Translations under genes and position numbers: made by a program
DNA from: Delftia acidovorans NBRC 14950
GTDB taxonomy: Bacteria > Pseudomonadota > Gammaproteobacteria > Burkholderiales > Burkholderiaceae_C
Length of the DNA: 32,000 bases
NCBI RefSeq assembly: GCF_001598795.1
Contig: NZ_BCZP01000005.1
Span: 30,001-62,000 of the forward strand
Direction: 5' to 3'
Shown here: one piece after another, positions 9,455 to 17,606 of the stretch
Layout of the letters: the number at the start of each line of letters is the position of its first letter
How positions within the stretch are numbered: position 1 is the stretch's first letter
The notes under the pieces: model-generated
Databases searched by the model: none
Seen by the model: the letters and a program-made list of their open reading frames with translations, nothing else
What the model was told of the DNA's origin: nothing

Positions 9455-9856
9455 ATGAGCTTTCCCGTTCAGATTCCGATCCGAGTCCCCTGCCCTCCGG
9501 GCGCCTGCATCTGCGAGCACGACGCCCTGCTCGCCGACTCCATGGCCGACCAGCGCATCCTGCGCCTCACCAAGGAAGAGGAAAAACGCCTGCTGCTGCG
9601 GCTCGAACAGATCACCAGCCTGCAGGACCTGCGCCATGTGGAGCAGCGCATGTATGAGCAGCTCGGCATCCGCGTGCGCATCGAGCCCGGCGCCAGCGAA
9701 GTGCGCACCGTGCGCGGCATACAGATCGAGGTCTTGCCCATGCGCGGGCTGTGCAGCAAGACACGGCAGGCAATTCCTGCGGCGATTCGGCGGGGGATGG
9801 AGAGGACGCCTGAGGTGGCGTTTGAGTTGTTGGATGAGGGGGGGTTGTTTGGGTGA
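9455..9856 (+). CDS. Hypothetical protein (Cys-containing N-terminus, helical middle)
   Basis: High GC3 coding signal. MSFPVQIPIRVPCPPGACICEHD... No family recognised. An alternative start at 9410 is possible. Confidence 0.6.
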   Translation: MSFPVQIPIRVPCPPGACICEHDALLADSMADQRILRLTKEEEKRLLLRLEQITSLQDLRHVEQRMYEQLGIRVRIEPGASEVRTVRGIQIEVLPMRGLCSKTRQAIPAAIRRGMERTPEVAFELLDEGGLFG

Positions 9857-9936
9857 GGATTGGCAACCTCGACCGACCAGGAATCACTGGGTTTCCGCGA
9901 GGCACTCAATTCCAGCTTTGCGACTGTGGCCAGGGG

Positions 9937-10413
9937 CTAGCTCCAGACCTCCTCTGTCAGACGCCTCAACTCATCAACCGCCGCAGAAAAAGCCGTCTTG
10001 TCAAATACTGCTCTTTTATTTCCCGCTACCCATTCAACCGAAACAACAATACCATTTCTCACATCGATAGCACGTCCGATTCTCGCCCAACTCACCGTTT
10101 CTTCATCAACCAGCTGCTCCACCACCGCAACAGTGCAATTCATATCCATATCATCTGGACATATCATGATTGGCACTATCGTCGACGAATTTTCATTTTT
10201 TGGATTCAAAAGATACCAGGCATTTTGCAAATCGCACTCATCAATAAGCCACCCTTGGGCCGGGACAAGGCCACCCACAGTATCTTCTCCAAAGACAGCC
10301 GAGCAATCTGCCTCTTTCAACCATAACTCAAGCGGCACCCCGTCAACCACCAGAACAGGATGGGGAGCCTTCGCGTAAAGCGACATGTGCATTACAGCTT
10401 CAATAACGTTCAT
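9937..10413 (-). CDS. Hypothetical small acidic cytoplasmic protein (island ORF 1)
   Basis: 158 aa with protein-like composition, whereas the overlapping + strand ORFs are junk-like. About 25 D/E versus 11 K/R by my count. No signal peptide or TM segment. Motif IVPIMICPDDMDMNCTVAVV...VSWARIG. AT-rich codon usage unlike the flanks. Confidence 0.6.
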   Translation of the reverse strand: MNVIEAVMHMSLYAKAPHPVLVVDGVPLELWLKEADCSAVFGEDTVGGLVPAQGWLIDECDLQNAWYLLNPKNENSSTIVPIMICPDDMDMNCTVAVVEQLVDEETVSWARIGRAIDVRNGIVVSVEWVAGNKRAVFDKTAFSAAVDELRRLTEEVWS

Positions 10414-10728
10414 GTGGTGTCAAGATTTCATTTTCAGTGTCCATGACGATCGATTGTCCTTACCTCGCACAGGTCCCGTCAACCTCCTTCACCCTCCGTA
10501 GGCTCACCATCCCTGTCGCGTGACCCATGCGGGAACTCCGCCCGAAGACATGCACGCCATCGCGAGGCGACCTGCCCATGCCTACTCACCGCCACCGCAA
10601 ACGCTGAGGATGCATGGCAGCACGCCTGAATCAGGATGCCAGGCTCCTCATCATGCGGCACAATCAGCCGACAGCGACCCTGAAGCCAGGTTTGAATCTA
10701 CTGGAAGCACCAGCCACCCGCCTCCAAC

Positions 10729-11109
10729 ATGGAATGCCCCATCTGCACAAGCACTGATTTTCATCGCCCCGCGGAGAAATCTGCAATGGAAATATGGCAC
10801 TGCAAAAACTGCGGGAATGGATGTGCAGTGCATTGCAATCACATCCCCGATCTTTCGGACGTGAAAGGCCATGACCTGTTCGTTGGAACGGCATCGGTTT
10901 CCACAGGAATAACGGGCCTTAAGGCATTGATCCAGTTAAAGAAAGCTCTTTCATTTGCAGAGCATTTTGTGCCTGCCAGACTTGATGAGCAGCACCGAGC
11001 CGGGAAACTCTGTTGGGACTTAGGATACTTTCTGGATTTTGAAGTCCAACAGGCCGAAGCAGAGTGCGAACGAATCGGAATAGCTGCGTCATTCAATAGA
11101 TTGGTCTAG
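10729..11109 (+). CDS. Hypothetical zinc-ribbon protein (island ORF 2)
   Basis: N-terminal CPIC-x18-CKNC plus GCAVHC, followed by a helical domain of about 80 aa. No SD seen. AT-rich codon usage. Confidence 0.55.
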   Translation: MECPICTSTDFHRPAEKSAMEIWHCKNCGNGCAVHCNHIPDLSDVKGHDLFVGTASVSTGITGLKALIQLKKALSFAEHFVPARLDEQHRAGKLCWDLGYFLDFEVQQAEAECERIGIAASFNRLV

Positions 11110-11215
11110 GCGGGCTTAATGCAGATGACAACCGGCGTGCGACGACAGACAATACCAGTCCGTGGCACAAGCTCCTGAGATCAAGCACAATCAATACGGC
11201 CGCATGGAGATAACA

Positions 11216-11509
11216 ATGGCATTCAAGATAAATGCAGATACAAGAACCACGATCGAGAAGATTCTTGGTCGATCCATCGAAGCGGAGTGCGGTGATCTGG
11301 CCAATTATGGCGAAATCGTTGACAAGGATCTGGAGAGTTTTCGGCGGCTCTGGTCCACCGGCGCAGTGATCACAGCCAACTACCTTCTATACAGGCTGGA
11401 CGGACGATACGGCCTGCAAAAGGCGATGATGTATATACATCATGTGATCGGAGTTGAGGACATGACGACGGATCAATGGCTAAAGCAAATGTTGACACTT
11501 GAGCAATAA
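11216..11509 (+). CDS. Hypothetical protein (island ORF 3)
   Basis: The listed ORF 11162-11509 starts at a GTG. The ATG at 11216 has a GGAGA SD 5 nt upstream, giving 97 aa. Confidence 0.5.
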   Translation: MAFKINADTRTTIEKILGRSIEAECGDLANYGEIVDKDLESFRRLWSTGAVITANYLLYRLDGRYGLQKAMMYIHHVIGVEDMTTDQWLKQMLTLEQ

Positions 11510-11646
11510 GATGTCGAGAACTGCTTTCGGCCGATCAGACGCATCTGCGAAAAATCAGTAAAAATCACGAATTAATAAAACGGCAGACATACGGTGGCTC
11601 TCATGTCCTTGGGCGCCGAACATCCACCCATGACATTCCAGAAGAC

Positions 11647-12228
11647 ATGAATATTGAGGCACTGGCAGAAATTTTCCATGATGACAGCAACGGCCTGATT
11701 ACATCCATAAGTCGTTCAGAGAAAAATGAACTCTTGATTTCGATCGAATGCGATGACTGGAAAAACTCACGAATACGCAGAGAATTCACGATGGTGTGCA
11801 AGCAATGGCTGGACACCGATGTGTGCATTTGCAGTGCAAATGCAATATCCGTATACCGGGAGCACCCCTTGCTCCTGAACCGCTCCGGAAGACAAGGCAG
11901 CCTTTACTTCTCCTCGTGCCCCCAGGATCCTTACCAAATTTATGCCCATATTTGGGAAATTCTTCATCACCACTACAAAGGCTGGCTGGCAGCATCCAGA
12001 ATGATGCCGGATTCACCGGCATCCTTTCATACACTGCTTACTGGAGGCTATGGCTTGCTCTTGCGCGGTCCTATCTCTGTCCTCACCAGCGTTCGAGATC
12101 GCATTGGATCCGATTTGAAAACACAACTGATCGAAACGCATATCGTCGAAACAAGCGCGGTTGTCCTGGAAATTGGAAATCACTTCGTAATATGCGAGGA
12201 AATAGAAGTGATCGATCACAATGTTTGA
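11647..12228 (+). CDS. Hypothetical cytoplasmic protein (island ORF 4)
   Basis: 193 aa with no signal peptide or TM segment. The sequence is protein-like (…VYREHPLLLNRSGRQGSLYFSSCPQDPYQIYAHIWEIL…GGYGLLLRGPISVL…). It is the longest ORF in the island. Confidence 0.6.
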   Translation: MNIEALAEIFHDDSNGLITSISRSEKNELLISIECDDWKNSRIRREFTMVCKQWLDTDVCICSANAISVYREHPLLLNRSGRQGSLYFSSCPQDPYQIYAHIWEILHHHYKGWLAASRMMPDSPASFHTLLTGGYGLLLRGPISVLTSVRDRIGSDLKTQLIETHIVETSAVVLEIGNHFVICEEIEVIDHNV

Positions 12229-12331
12229 CCACTTCATCCAGAGGATGTCCGTCGACTGAGCCGTCCGCATCCGGCTTCTGACGGCCAGATGGGGGATTCA
12301 CCACGACACTGCAGTTGAAAGTACCTTATTG

Positions 12332-12739
12332 ATGTCCTTATACATTGCCCATTTCCTCATGAAGGAGGAGAACGTTTCGCACAGCACGCAGCCACCTTAC
12401 GACGTCAACCGCAGAGAGAAACGCCATTTCATCGCGTCGCATCTGTTCGCTGCCTGCGATGCCGAGGCAGCCTACGATCGCGCCATAGGCATGCTCCCCG
12501 GCTTGAGCGACGCAAATCATGATGGGCCCGGTGATCGAACGAAAGTGGAGCCTGTTGGCATCTTCGACCTTGACGAGGTATTCGTCGCTGAGGGGCAGGT
12601 CGTAACCGGATTGAGCCAGCCATACGGTATCGATGTCGGCGTCCTGTTTATCGAGGAATTACTGTGTCAGCGCACAAGAGCCAAGCAGGAGCTGACTGTC
12701 TTCGCCGGCCCTAGGGATGGCAGGGCAAAGCAGCCCTAA
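12332..12739 (+). CDS. Hypothetical protein (island ORF 5)
   Basis: 135 aa from the ATG at 12332 (a TTG at 12329 is also possible). Moderately high GC3. The layout …FIASHLFAACDAEAAYDRAIGM…VEPVGIFDLDEV tentatively reminds me of DUF4288-type small proteins, but I cannot verify that here. Confidence 0.45.
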   Translation: MSLYIAHFLMKEENVSHSTQPPYDVNRREKRHFIASHLFAACDAEAAYDRAIGMLPGLSDANHDGPGDRTKVEPVGIFDLDEVFVAEGQVVTGLSQPYGIDVGVLFIEELLCQRTRAKQELTVFAGPRDGRAKQP

Positions 12740-12749
12740 TTCCCCAACA

Positions 12750-12995
12750 TCCTCGTACGTTCTCCCGCACATCCTCACTCGCCTGCTCATAGCTGAGCAG
12801 CGACTGCGAACTCCATCATCCGTATCCGAGCAGAAAACCGCCGTCGGAACCTTGAGGACTTCGGCCAGCTTGCGCACGGTACAGCAGGTACGGCTTGGGC
12901 TTGCCCAACTCATAGCGATTGATCTGTGCGCTTGCGACAAGCTGGTCGCCCCCTCAGACCCACTCGACAGCCCCCCATCTTCTTGAACGCCCTGT
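12750..12995 (-). pseudogene. Decayed XRE-family helix-turn-helix regulator
   Basis: The minus strand reads …DQLVASAQINRYELGKPKPYL in one frame, TVRKLAEVLKVPTAVFCSDTDD in a second, and EFAVAAQL / LSYEQASEDVRENVRG in others. This is a canonical HTH_3 layout broken by at least three frameshifts and an in-frame stop. Confidence 0.4.
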
Positions 12996-13110
12996 CAATC
13001 AGCTACGCAACTCGTAGTATCTGCATCACGAAAAACCGGCAAACATCATCCCTTTCTGAAGGAGATGCAATGTCAGATGCCAATGGAATGCTTCGTGGAG
13101 AGTCGAACCC

Positions 13111-13482
13111 ATGAAGCACATCCCCCCATCCCCTCCCCCCGAAAACACCCACGCCCAGAAGCTCGCAACAGCACTGCATGAAATGGACCGCTTTGTGCAG
13201 CAAGGCTGTGCCGAGGTTTCCGCCCTGGCCCAGCTGGCGCTGGCCTGGCTGGAGATTCCTGAGGGCCATCAGCGGCTGGACGTGGTGGCGCAGGCGCTGG
13301 TGACCATTCGCAACAGCGCGGAATCGCTGGCGGAGTTTGCGGGCAGTGAAGCCCGGGTGATGAACTGCGAGTACGAGGACCAGGCGGAGGTGCGCCGCAG
13401 CGAGGCGGCCAAGGTGGCTGCCGAAGAGGCCGGGCATGTGTACACCGTGATGGGGCCTGGGGTGGCACGCGGCGTCAGGTAG
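13111..13482 (+). CDS. Hypothetical protein
   Basis: 123 aa, high GC3, GGAGAG 8 nt upstream. No recognisable family. Confidence 0.55.
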   Translation: MKHIPPSPPPENTHAQKLATALHEMDRFVQQGCAEVSALAQLALAWLEIPEGHQRLDVVAQALVTIRNSAESLAEFAGSEARVMNCEYEDQAEVRRSEAAKVAAEEAGHVYTVMGPGVARGVR

Positions 13483-13528
13483 TCCCGGATGCACTGGGGC
13501 TGCGCCCCGTTGCACCCTGCATGGCCGT

Positions 13529-14569
13529 CTACCCCTTGCGCGTGCGAAACAGCAGCCACAGCAGATACACCCCGCCCAGCAGCCCCGTTACCAGCCCGAT
13601 GGGCAGATGCAGGCGCACGGGCGCCCACTGGCTGAGCATGTCGGCCGCCAGCAGCAGAACGGCGCCCATGGCTGCCGCCGTGAACAGGGGCACGTCGGGC
13701 GACAGGCCCAGGCGCCTGGCCACCTGGGGCGCGGCCAGTGCGATGAAGGCGATGGGCCCCGCCGCTGCCGTGGCGATGGCGGTCAGGGCCACGGCAGCCA
13801 TCACCATGGTGAGCCGCGTGCGCGGCACGTTGACGCCGAGCTGGGTGGCGGCATCGTCGCCCAGCTCCAGCAGGTTGATGCGGCGGGCGCACCACAGCAC
13901 GACGGGCACGATGGCGATGAAGCCCAGTGCGGCGGGCACGACATGGGCCCAGGTCCGCGCGCTGAGCGAGCCGGCCAGCCAGCGCTGCGCGGCGACGGCC
14001 CGGTCCAGGTCCCCCATGACCAGCAAGATGGTGTTCAGGCCCGAGAGCGTGGCCCCCACGCCTATGCCCACCAGCACCAGCCGGTAGCCGCCGCCAGCAC
14101 GCCGCCCCCCGGACAGCGCAAGCACGACCGCCGCCGTGGCCATGCCCGACAGCACGGCGGCCAGCGATGTCCACAGCGGCCCGGCGTCACCCAGCACGAT
14201 GAGCGCAATCGCCCCGCTGGCCGCGCCCGTGGTGAAGCCGATCACGTCCGGCGAGCCCAGCGCGTTGCGGGAGATGGACTGGAAGATGGCACCCGCCATG
14301 CCAAGCGAAGCGCCCACGAAGATGGCCGTGAGGACACGCGGCAGCCGCACCCGCTGCACGATGCGCTCTGCTGCGGGGTTGGAGCCCGTGCCCAGCAGGC
14401 TGTCGAGCACTTCGGCGGGGCTGAGGGACAGGGTTCCCGTGCCCAGCAGCAGCACCCCCAGCACCAGGGCCAGCACGACCAGCGCCATGCCCACGGCCAG
14501 CGGCCTGGGCCGCCAGAGAAACGAACAGGCTCCCCAGCGCACAACGGATGTGTTCACGGAGGTCTTCAT
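13529..14569 (-). CDS. FecCD-family iron-chelate ABC transporter permease
   Basis: Start at MKTSVNTSVV (ATG at 14569) overlaps the upstream stop (ATGA). Motif RNALGSPDVIGFTTGAASG. Polytopic hydrophobic profile. Confidence 0.85.
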   Translation of the reverse strand: MKTSVNTSVVRWGACSFLWRPRPLAVGMALVVLALVLGVLLLGTGTLSLSPAEVLDSLLGTGSNPAAERIVQRVRLPRVLTAIFVGASLGMAGAIFQSISRNALGSPDVIGFTTGAASGAIALIVLGDAGPLWTSLAAVLSGMATAAVVLALSGGRRAGGGYRLVLVGIGVGATLSGLNTILLVMGDLDRAVAAQRWLAGSLSARTWAHVVPAALGFIAIVPVVLWCARRINLLELGDDAATQLGVNVPRTRLTMVMAAVALTAIATAAAGPIAFIALAAPQVARRLGLSPDVPLFTAAAMGAVLLLAADMLSQWAPVRLHLPIGLVTGLLGGVYLLWLLFRTRKG

Positions 14570-15627
14570 AGCCTGCTCAATCGGTATCTGCACGCCACCC
14601 AGACAAAGAACGGCCCGCCGATCAGGCAGGCGACGATGCCCGCAGCCACTTCGGCAGGTGCCGCGACGACGCGGCCCAGCACATCGGCACCCAGCAGCAG
14701 CACCGCCGCGTAGAGCGCGGACAGCGGCAGTATCCAGCGGTAGTCCGGCCCGCACGAGAGGCGTGCAAGATGCGGCGCCACCAGGCCGACGAAGGCGATG
14801 GGCCCCACGGCCGCCGTGGCCGCCCCGGCCAACAGCATGACCGCCAGGCAGGCCAGTTGCGCGGTGGCGCGCACATTGACGCCCAGCGCCAGGCCCACGT
14901 CATGCCCCAGCGCCATGGCGTTGAGCTGGCCGACGATGGCCCAGGCCGCCGCCAGCCCTGCCGCCACGGCAGCCGCCAGCACGGCGGCGCTGGCATAGCC
15001 GCTGCCCTCCAGGGAGCCGGCCGCCCAGTGGCGGAAGCCGTCGAAGACTTCCGGGGGCGCGTTGAGCAGGATGATGCCGGCGCTGGAGGTGAGCATGACC
15101 GACAGGCCGGCCCCGGCCAGGACCAGGCGCACCGGGTGCGCGCCCGCGCCCCGGGACTGGCCGAACGCGAAGACGGCAGCGCCCGCCAACCCCGCGCCGG
15201 CAAAGGCGCACCAGACGTACTGGAGCACGGACGTCAGGCCGAAGGCCGTCATGCCGATGAGCACGGCCAGCGCCGCGCCGGCGTTGACGCCCAGCAGGCC
15301 CGGCTCCGCCAGGGGATTGCGGGTGACGGCCTGCATGAGCGCGCCGGCCACGCCCAGCGCCATGCCGGCCAGGATGGCCACCACGGTGCGGGGCATGCGC
15401 AGCAGGCTGACGATCAGGTGCTGGTCATCACGCAGGTCCGGAGCCCGCAGCGCGCCGAGGATGTCGGCCAGCGCAATGTCGCGCGAGCCGACGGTGATGC
15501 CGAGCACGGCGATGATGGCCAGCGCCAGCAGCCCGCCTGCAAGGCCCAGCCAACGCCTGCAGTGCAGGGGAGCGCGCGGAGCACGCGAGGCAGGCCGCGC
15601 CACCGCGCCTTGGAGCCGTGCACGCAT
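14566..15627 (-). CDS. FecCD-family iron-chelate ABC transporter permease
   Basis: Motif RNPLAEPGLLGVNAGAAL. Polytopic. Starts 3 nt after the stop of the binding-protein gene. Confidence 0.85.
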   Translation of the reverse strand: MRARLQGAVARPASRAPRAPLHCRRWLGLAGGLLALAIIAVLGITVGSRDIALADILGALRAPDLRDDQHLIVSLLRMPRTVVAILAGMALGVAGALMQAVTRNPLAEPGLLGVNAGAALAVLIGMTAFGLTSVLQYVWCAFAGAGLAGAAVFAFGQSRGAGAHPVRLVLAGAGLSVMLTSSAGIILLNAPPEVFDGFRHWAAGSLEGSGYASAAVLAAAVAAGLAAAWAIVGQLNAMALGHDVGLALGVNVRATAQLACLAVMLLAGAATAAVGPIAFVGLVAPHLARLSCGPDYRWILPLSALYAAVLLLGADVLGRVVAAPAEVAAGIVACLIGGPFFVWVACRYRLSRL

Positions 15628-15630
15628 GGC

Positions 15631-16641
15631 TCAGCGGAAATGGCTTGCCACGGCGTCGACCATCTGCTGCCCCGAGTAGTAGTCGATGCGAAACGAGGTC
15701 GGGCCCAGCGGATAGACGCGCCGGCCGGCAACGGCGGGCAGATTGGCCAGCAGCGGATCGTCCAGGAAGGCCTGCACATCGCCCTGCGAGGCGCCGAGCA
15801 GGAAGACGGAGTCGCCGGTGATGGCGGCCGAGAGATTCTCGCGGGAGATGAATTCGAAGTCCGAGGCGCGAGTGACCTGGGCGGCCAGCGCGGGCGGCAG
15901 GCCCTCCACCTTGAAGCCCAGTGCGGCCAGCAGCCGCGCATGGGGGCTGGCGGCGCGGCCTATGGAGTAGCTGCCGGCCAGGTTGTAGGCGACGATGCTG
16001 ACGGGCTGGGCCGGTGGCGTGATGGAGGCGGCGGTCTGCGCCACATGGGCATCGAAGCGGGCAATGGCTGCGGCGGCCTGCTTCGCATGGCCCGTGATGC
16101 GGCCCAGCTCGGTGGCGATGTCCTGCCAGGACTGGCTGGAGTAGTCGACCACGACCATGGGCACGCCCTGCGCCTGCAGTTCGGGGCGGTGCTGGGCCAC
16201 GCTGTCGGCCCCGGTGGCGGAGGCCACCAGCAGGTCGGGGCTGGCGCCGATGGCGGCCTCGATGTCGAATTGCAGGTTGCGGTAGAGCACCTGCACGCCG
16301 CGCTTGTCGGCAACGGCGGCCCATTGCGAGAAAAAGCCCTTGTCGTCGGTCATGCGGCTGGGCGTGGTCGCGGCGGTCGCAACGACCGGCGCATCGATGG
16401 CCAGCAGGATGCCGGTCACGCTGGGCGAGGTGGAGACGATGCGCCGGGGCAGCGGTGCATGGTCTGCGTGTGCTGCAGCCGGCGTATCCGATGTATGCGA
16501 CGCATGCGATGTATCCGATGTATCCGATGTATGCGGTGCGGCGCCCGCCACGGGAACGTCGGCGCGTGGAAACCATGCAAAACAGGCCAGCACGGCCAGT
16601 GCGGCGGCCGCGCCCAGGGCGGCAAGTTGGAGTCTGTTCAT
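15631..16641 (-). CDS. Periplasmic iron-siderophore/cobalamin-type (class III) substrate-binding protein
   Basis: Start at MNRLQLAALGAAAALAVLACFAW (possible lipobox VLAC). Core RIVSTSPSVTGILLAIDAPVVA. His/Thr/Ser/Asp repeat linker HTSDTSDTSHASHTSDT. Confidence 0.8.
   Translation of the reverse strand: MNRLQLAALGAAAALAVLACFAWFPRADVPVAGAAPHTSDTSDTSHASHTSDTPAAAHADHAPLPRRIVSTSPSVTGILLAIDAPVVATAATTPSRMTDDKGFFSQWAAVADKRGVQVLYRNLQFDIEAAIGASPDLLVASATGADSVAQHRPELQAQGVPMVVVDYSSQSWQDIATELGRITGHAKQAAAAIARFDAHVAQTAASITPPAQPVSIVAYNLAGSYSIGRAASPHARLLAALGFKVEGLPPALAAQVTRASDFEFISRENLSAAITGDSVFLLGASQGDVQAFLDDPLLANLPAVAGRRVYPLGPTSFRIDYYSGQQMVDAVASHFR
16484..16537. repeat. Imperfect 9-bp tandem repeat (6 units, GTATSCGAT-like) inside the binding-protein gene
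   Basis: Units are gtatccgat gtatgcgac gcatgcgat gtatccgat gtatccgat gtatgcggt. They encode the H/D-T-S linker. Confidence 0.85.
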
Positions 16642-16760
16642 CTCGATCCGAAGCGACGGGGCCGGGCGCCAGGGCGGCGTCTTCAGCGTATTCCGTATTG
16701 TAGAATTCATTCCACATTGCAAACACCGAAGGATCTATCGATTGTGGGAAATGACCGGCC

Positions 16761-17576
16761 ATGACGCAGCGCCTGAGTGCTGATGCGGTGACGCTGCGCT
16801 ACGGCGAGCGCACGATTTCGCAGGGCCTGTCCCTTGCCATTCCCGATGGCTCCTTCACCGTCATCGTGGGGCCGAACGCCTGCGGCAAGTCCACCCTGCT
16901 GCGCGCGCTGTCGCGGCTGCTGGCGCCGGTGGCCGGGCAGGTCATCCTGGATGGCCGGCACATCTCGCAATTTCCCGCCAAGGAGGTGGCGCGGCGCCTG
17001 GGCCTGCTGCCGCAAAGCGCGATGGCGCCCGAGGGCATCACGGTGGCGGACCTGGTGGCGCGGGGGCGCTACCCCCATCAATCCTTCCTGAGGCAGTGGA
17101 CGGACGCGGATGAGCAGGCCGTGGCCGAGGCCATGCAGGCCACCGATGTGGCAGCGCTGTCCGACCGCCTGCTGGACGAGCTGTCAGGCGGCCAGCGCCA
17201 GCGGGTGTGGATTGCGATGGTGCTGGCGCAGCAGACGCCGATCCTGCTGCTGGACGAGCCCACGACGTTCCTGGACATCGCCCACCAGATCGAGCTGATG
17301 GAGCTGCTGGCGGATCTCAACGACGCCGGCCGTACGGTGGTTGCGGTGCTGCACGACCTCAACCAGGCCTGCCGCTATGCCTCGCACCTGATCGCCATGC
17401 GCGACGGGCGCATTGCCGCGCAGGGCGCGCCCGGGGCGATCTTCACGGAGCAGTTGGTGCAGGAGGTGTTCGGCCTGCCGGCCGTGATCATTGCAGACCC
17501 CGTGTCGGGGACACCCCTGGTGGTGCCCAGGGGGCGCAGGGCCGTGAATGCCATGGAGCGTGCCGCAGGGAACTGA
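16761..17576 (+). CDS. Iron-chelate ABC transporter ATP-binding protein (FepC/FecE-like)
   Basis: Walker A GPNACGKST, signature LSGGQRQR, Walker B ILLLDEPT. Divergent from the binding-protein/permease operon. Confidence 0.9.
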   Translation: MTQRLSADAVTLRYGERTISQGLSLAIPDGSFTVIVGPNACGKSTLLRALSRLLAPVAGQVILDGRHISQFPAKEVARRLGLLPQSAMAPEGITVADLVARGRYPHQSFLRQWTDADEQAVAEAMQATDVAALSDRLLDELSGGQRQRVWIAMVLAQQTPILLLDEPTTFLDIAHQIELMELLADLNDAGRTVVAVLHDLNQACRYASHLIAMRDGRIAAQGAPGAIFTEQLVQEVFGLPAVIIADPVSGTPLVVPRGRRAVNAMERAAGN

Positions 17577-17577
17577 G

Positions 17578-17601
17578 GCGCCCGGGCATTTTTCCCGGCG
17601 C
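17578..17601. terminator. GC-rich hairpin between convergent genes (possible bidirectional terminator)
   Basis: gcgcccggg-cattttt-cccggcgc, an 8-bp stem with one bulged C, in the 30-nt gap between the ATPase and IclR stops. Confidence 0.3.
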
Positions 17602-17606
17602 GGCTT

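Noticed and set aside
9106-9458. ORFs of 100-103 aa across the REP region (9106-9408 and 9147-9458). Similar ORFs lie across the copy at 1196-1561.
   Set aside because: They are translations of palindromic repeat DNA (…LRFAAGNLRRGGCGV…). There is no coding signal.
10414-10728. ORFs 10479-10661 (-) and 10520-10864 (+) in the long divergent spacer of the island.
   Set aside because: Their composition is junk-like (Pro/His/Arg-rich), they have no SD, and one overlaps the zinc-ribbon ORF. The spacer is treated as non-coding.
11110-12331. Integron cassette array as an explanation for the same-strand small ORFs.
   Set aside because: The inter-ORF spacers share no attC-like imperfect palindromes or RYYYAAC/GTTRRRY cores, and there is no intI gene.
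13095-13110. tRNA 3'-end-like GAGTCGAACCC at the right island border, considered as a possible att site.
   Set aside because: It is not the GTTCGAA T-loop, no cloverleaf can be drawn, and no matching direct repeat exists at the left border.
13070-13114. A 14-codon upstream ORF (MSDANGMLRGESNP) with a strong AAGGAG SD, whose stop overlaps the ATG of the 13111 gene (ATGA).
   Set aside because: It is too short to assess, and the downstream gene has its own GGAGAG SD. It could be a coupling leader, but nothing else supports that.
16685-16725. Fur box in the binding-protein/ATPase divergent spacer (around GAATTCATTCC).
   Set aside because: The best register I could find matches only about 7/19 consensus positions. 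It is kept only as part of the shared-motif observation.
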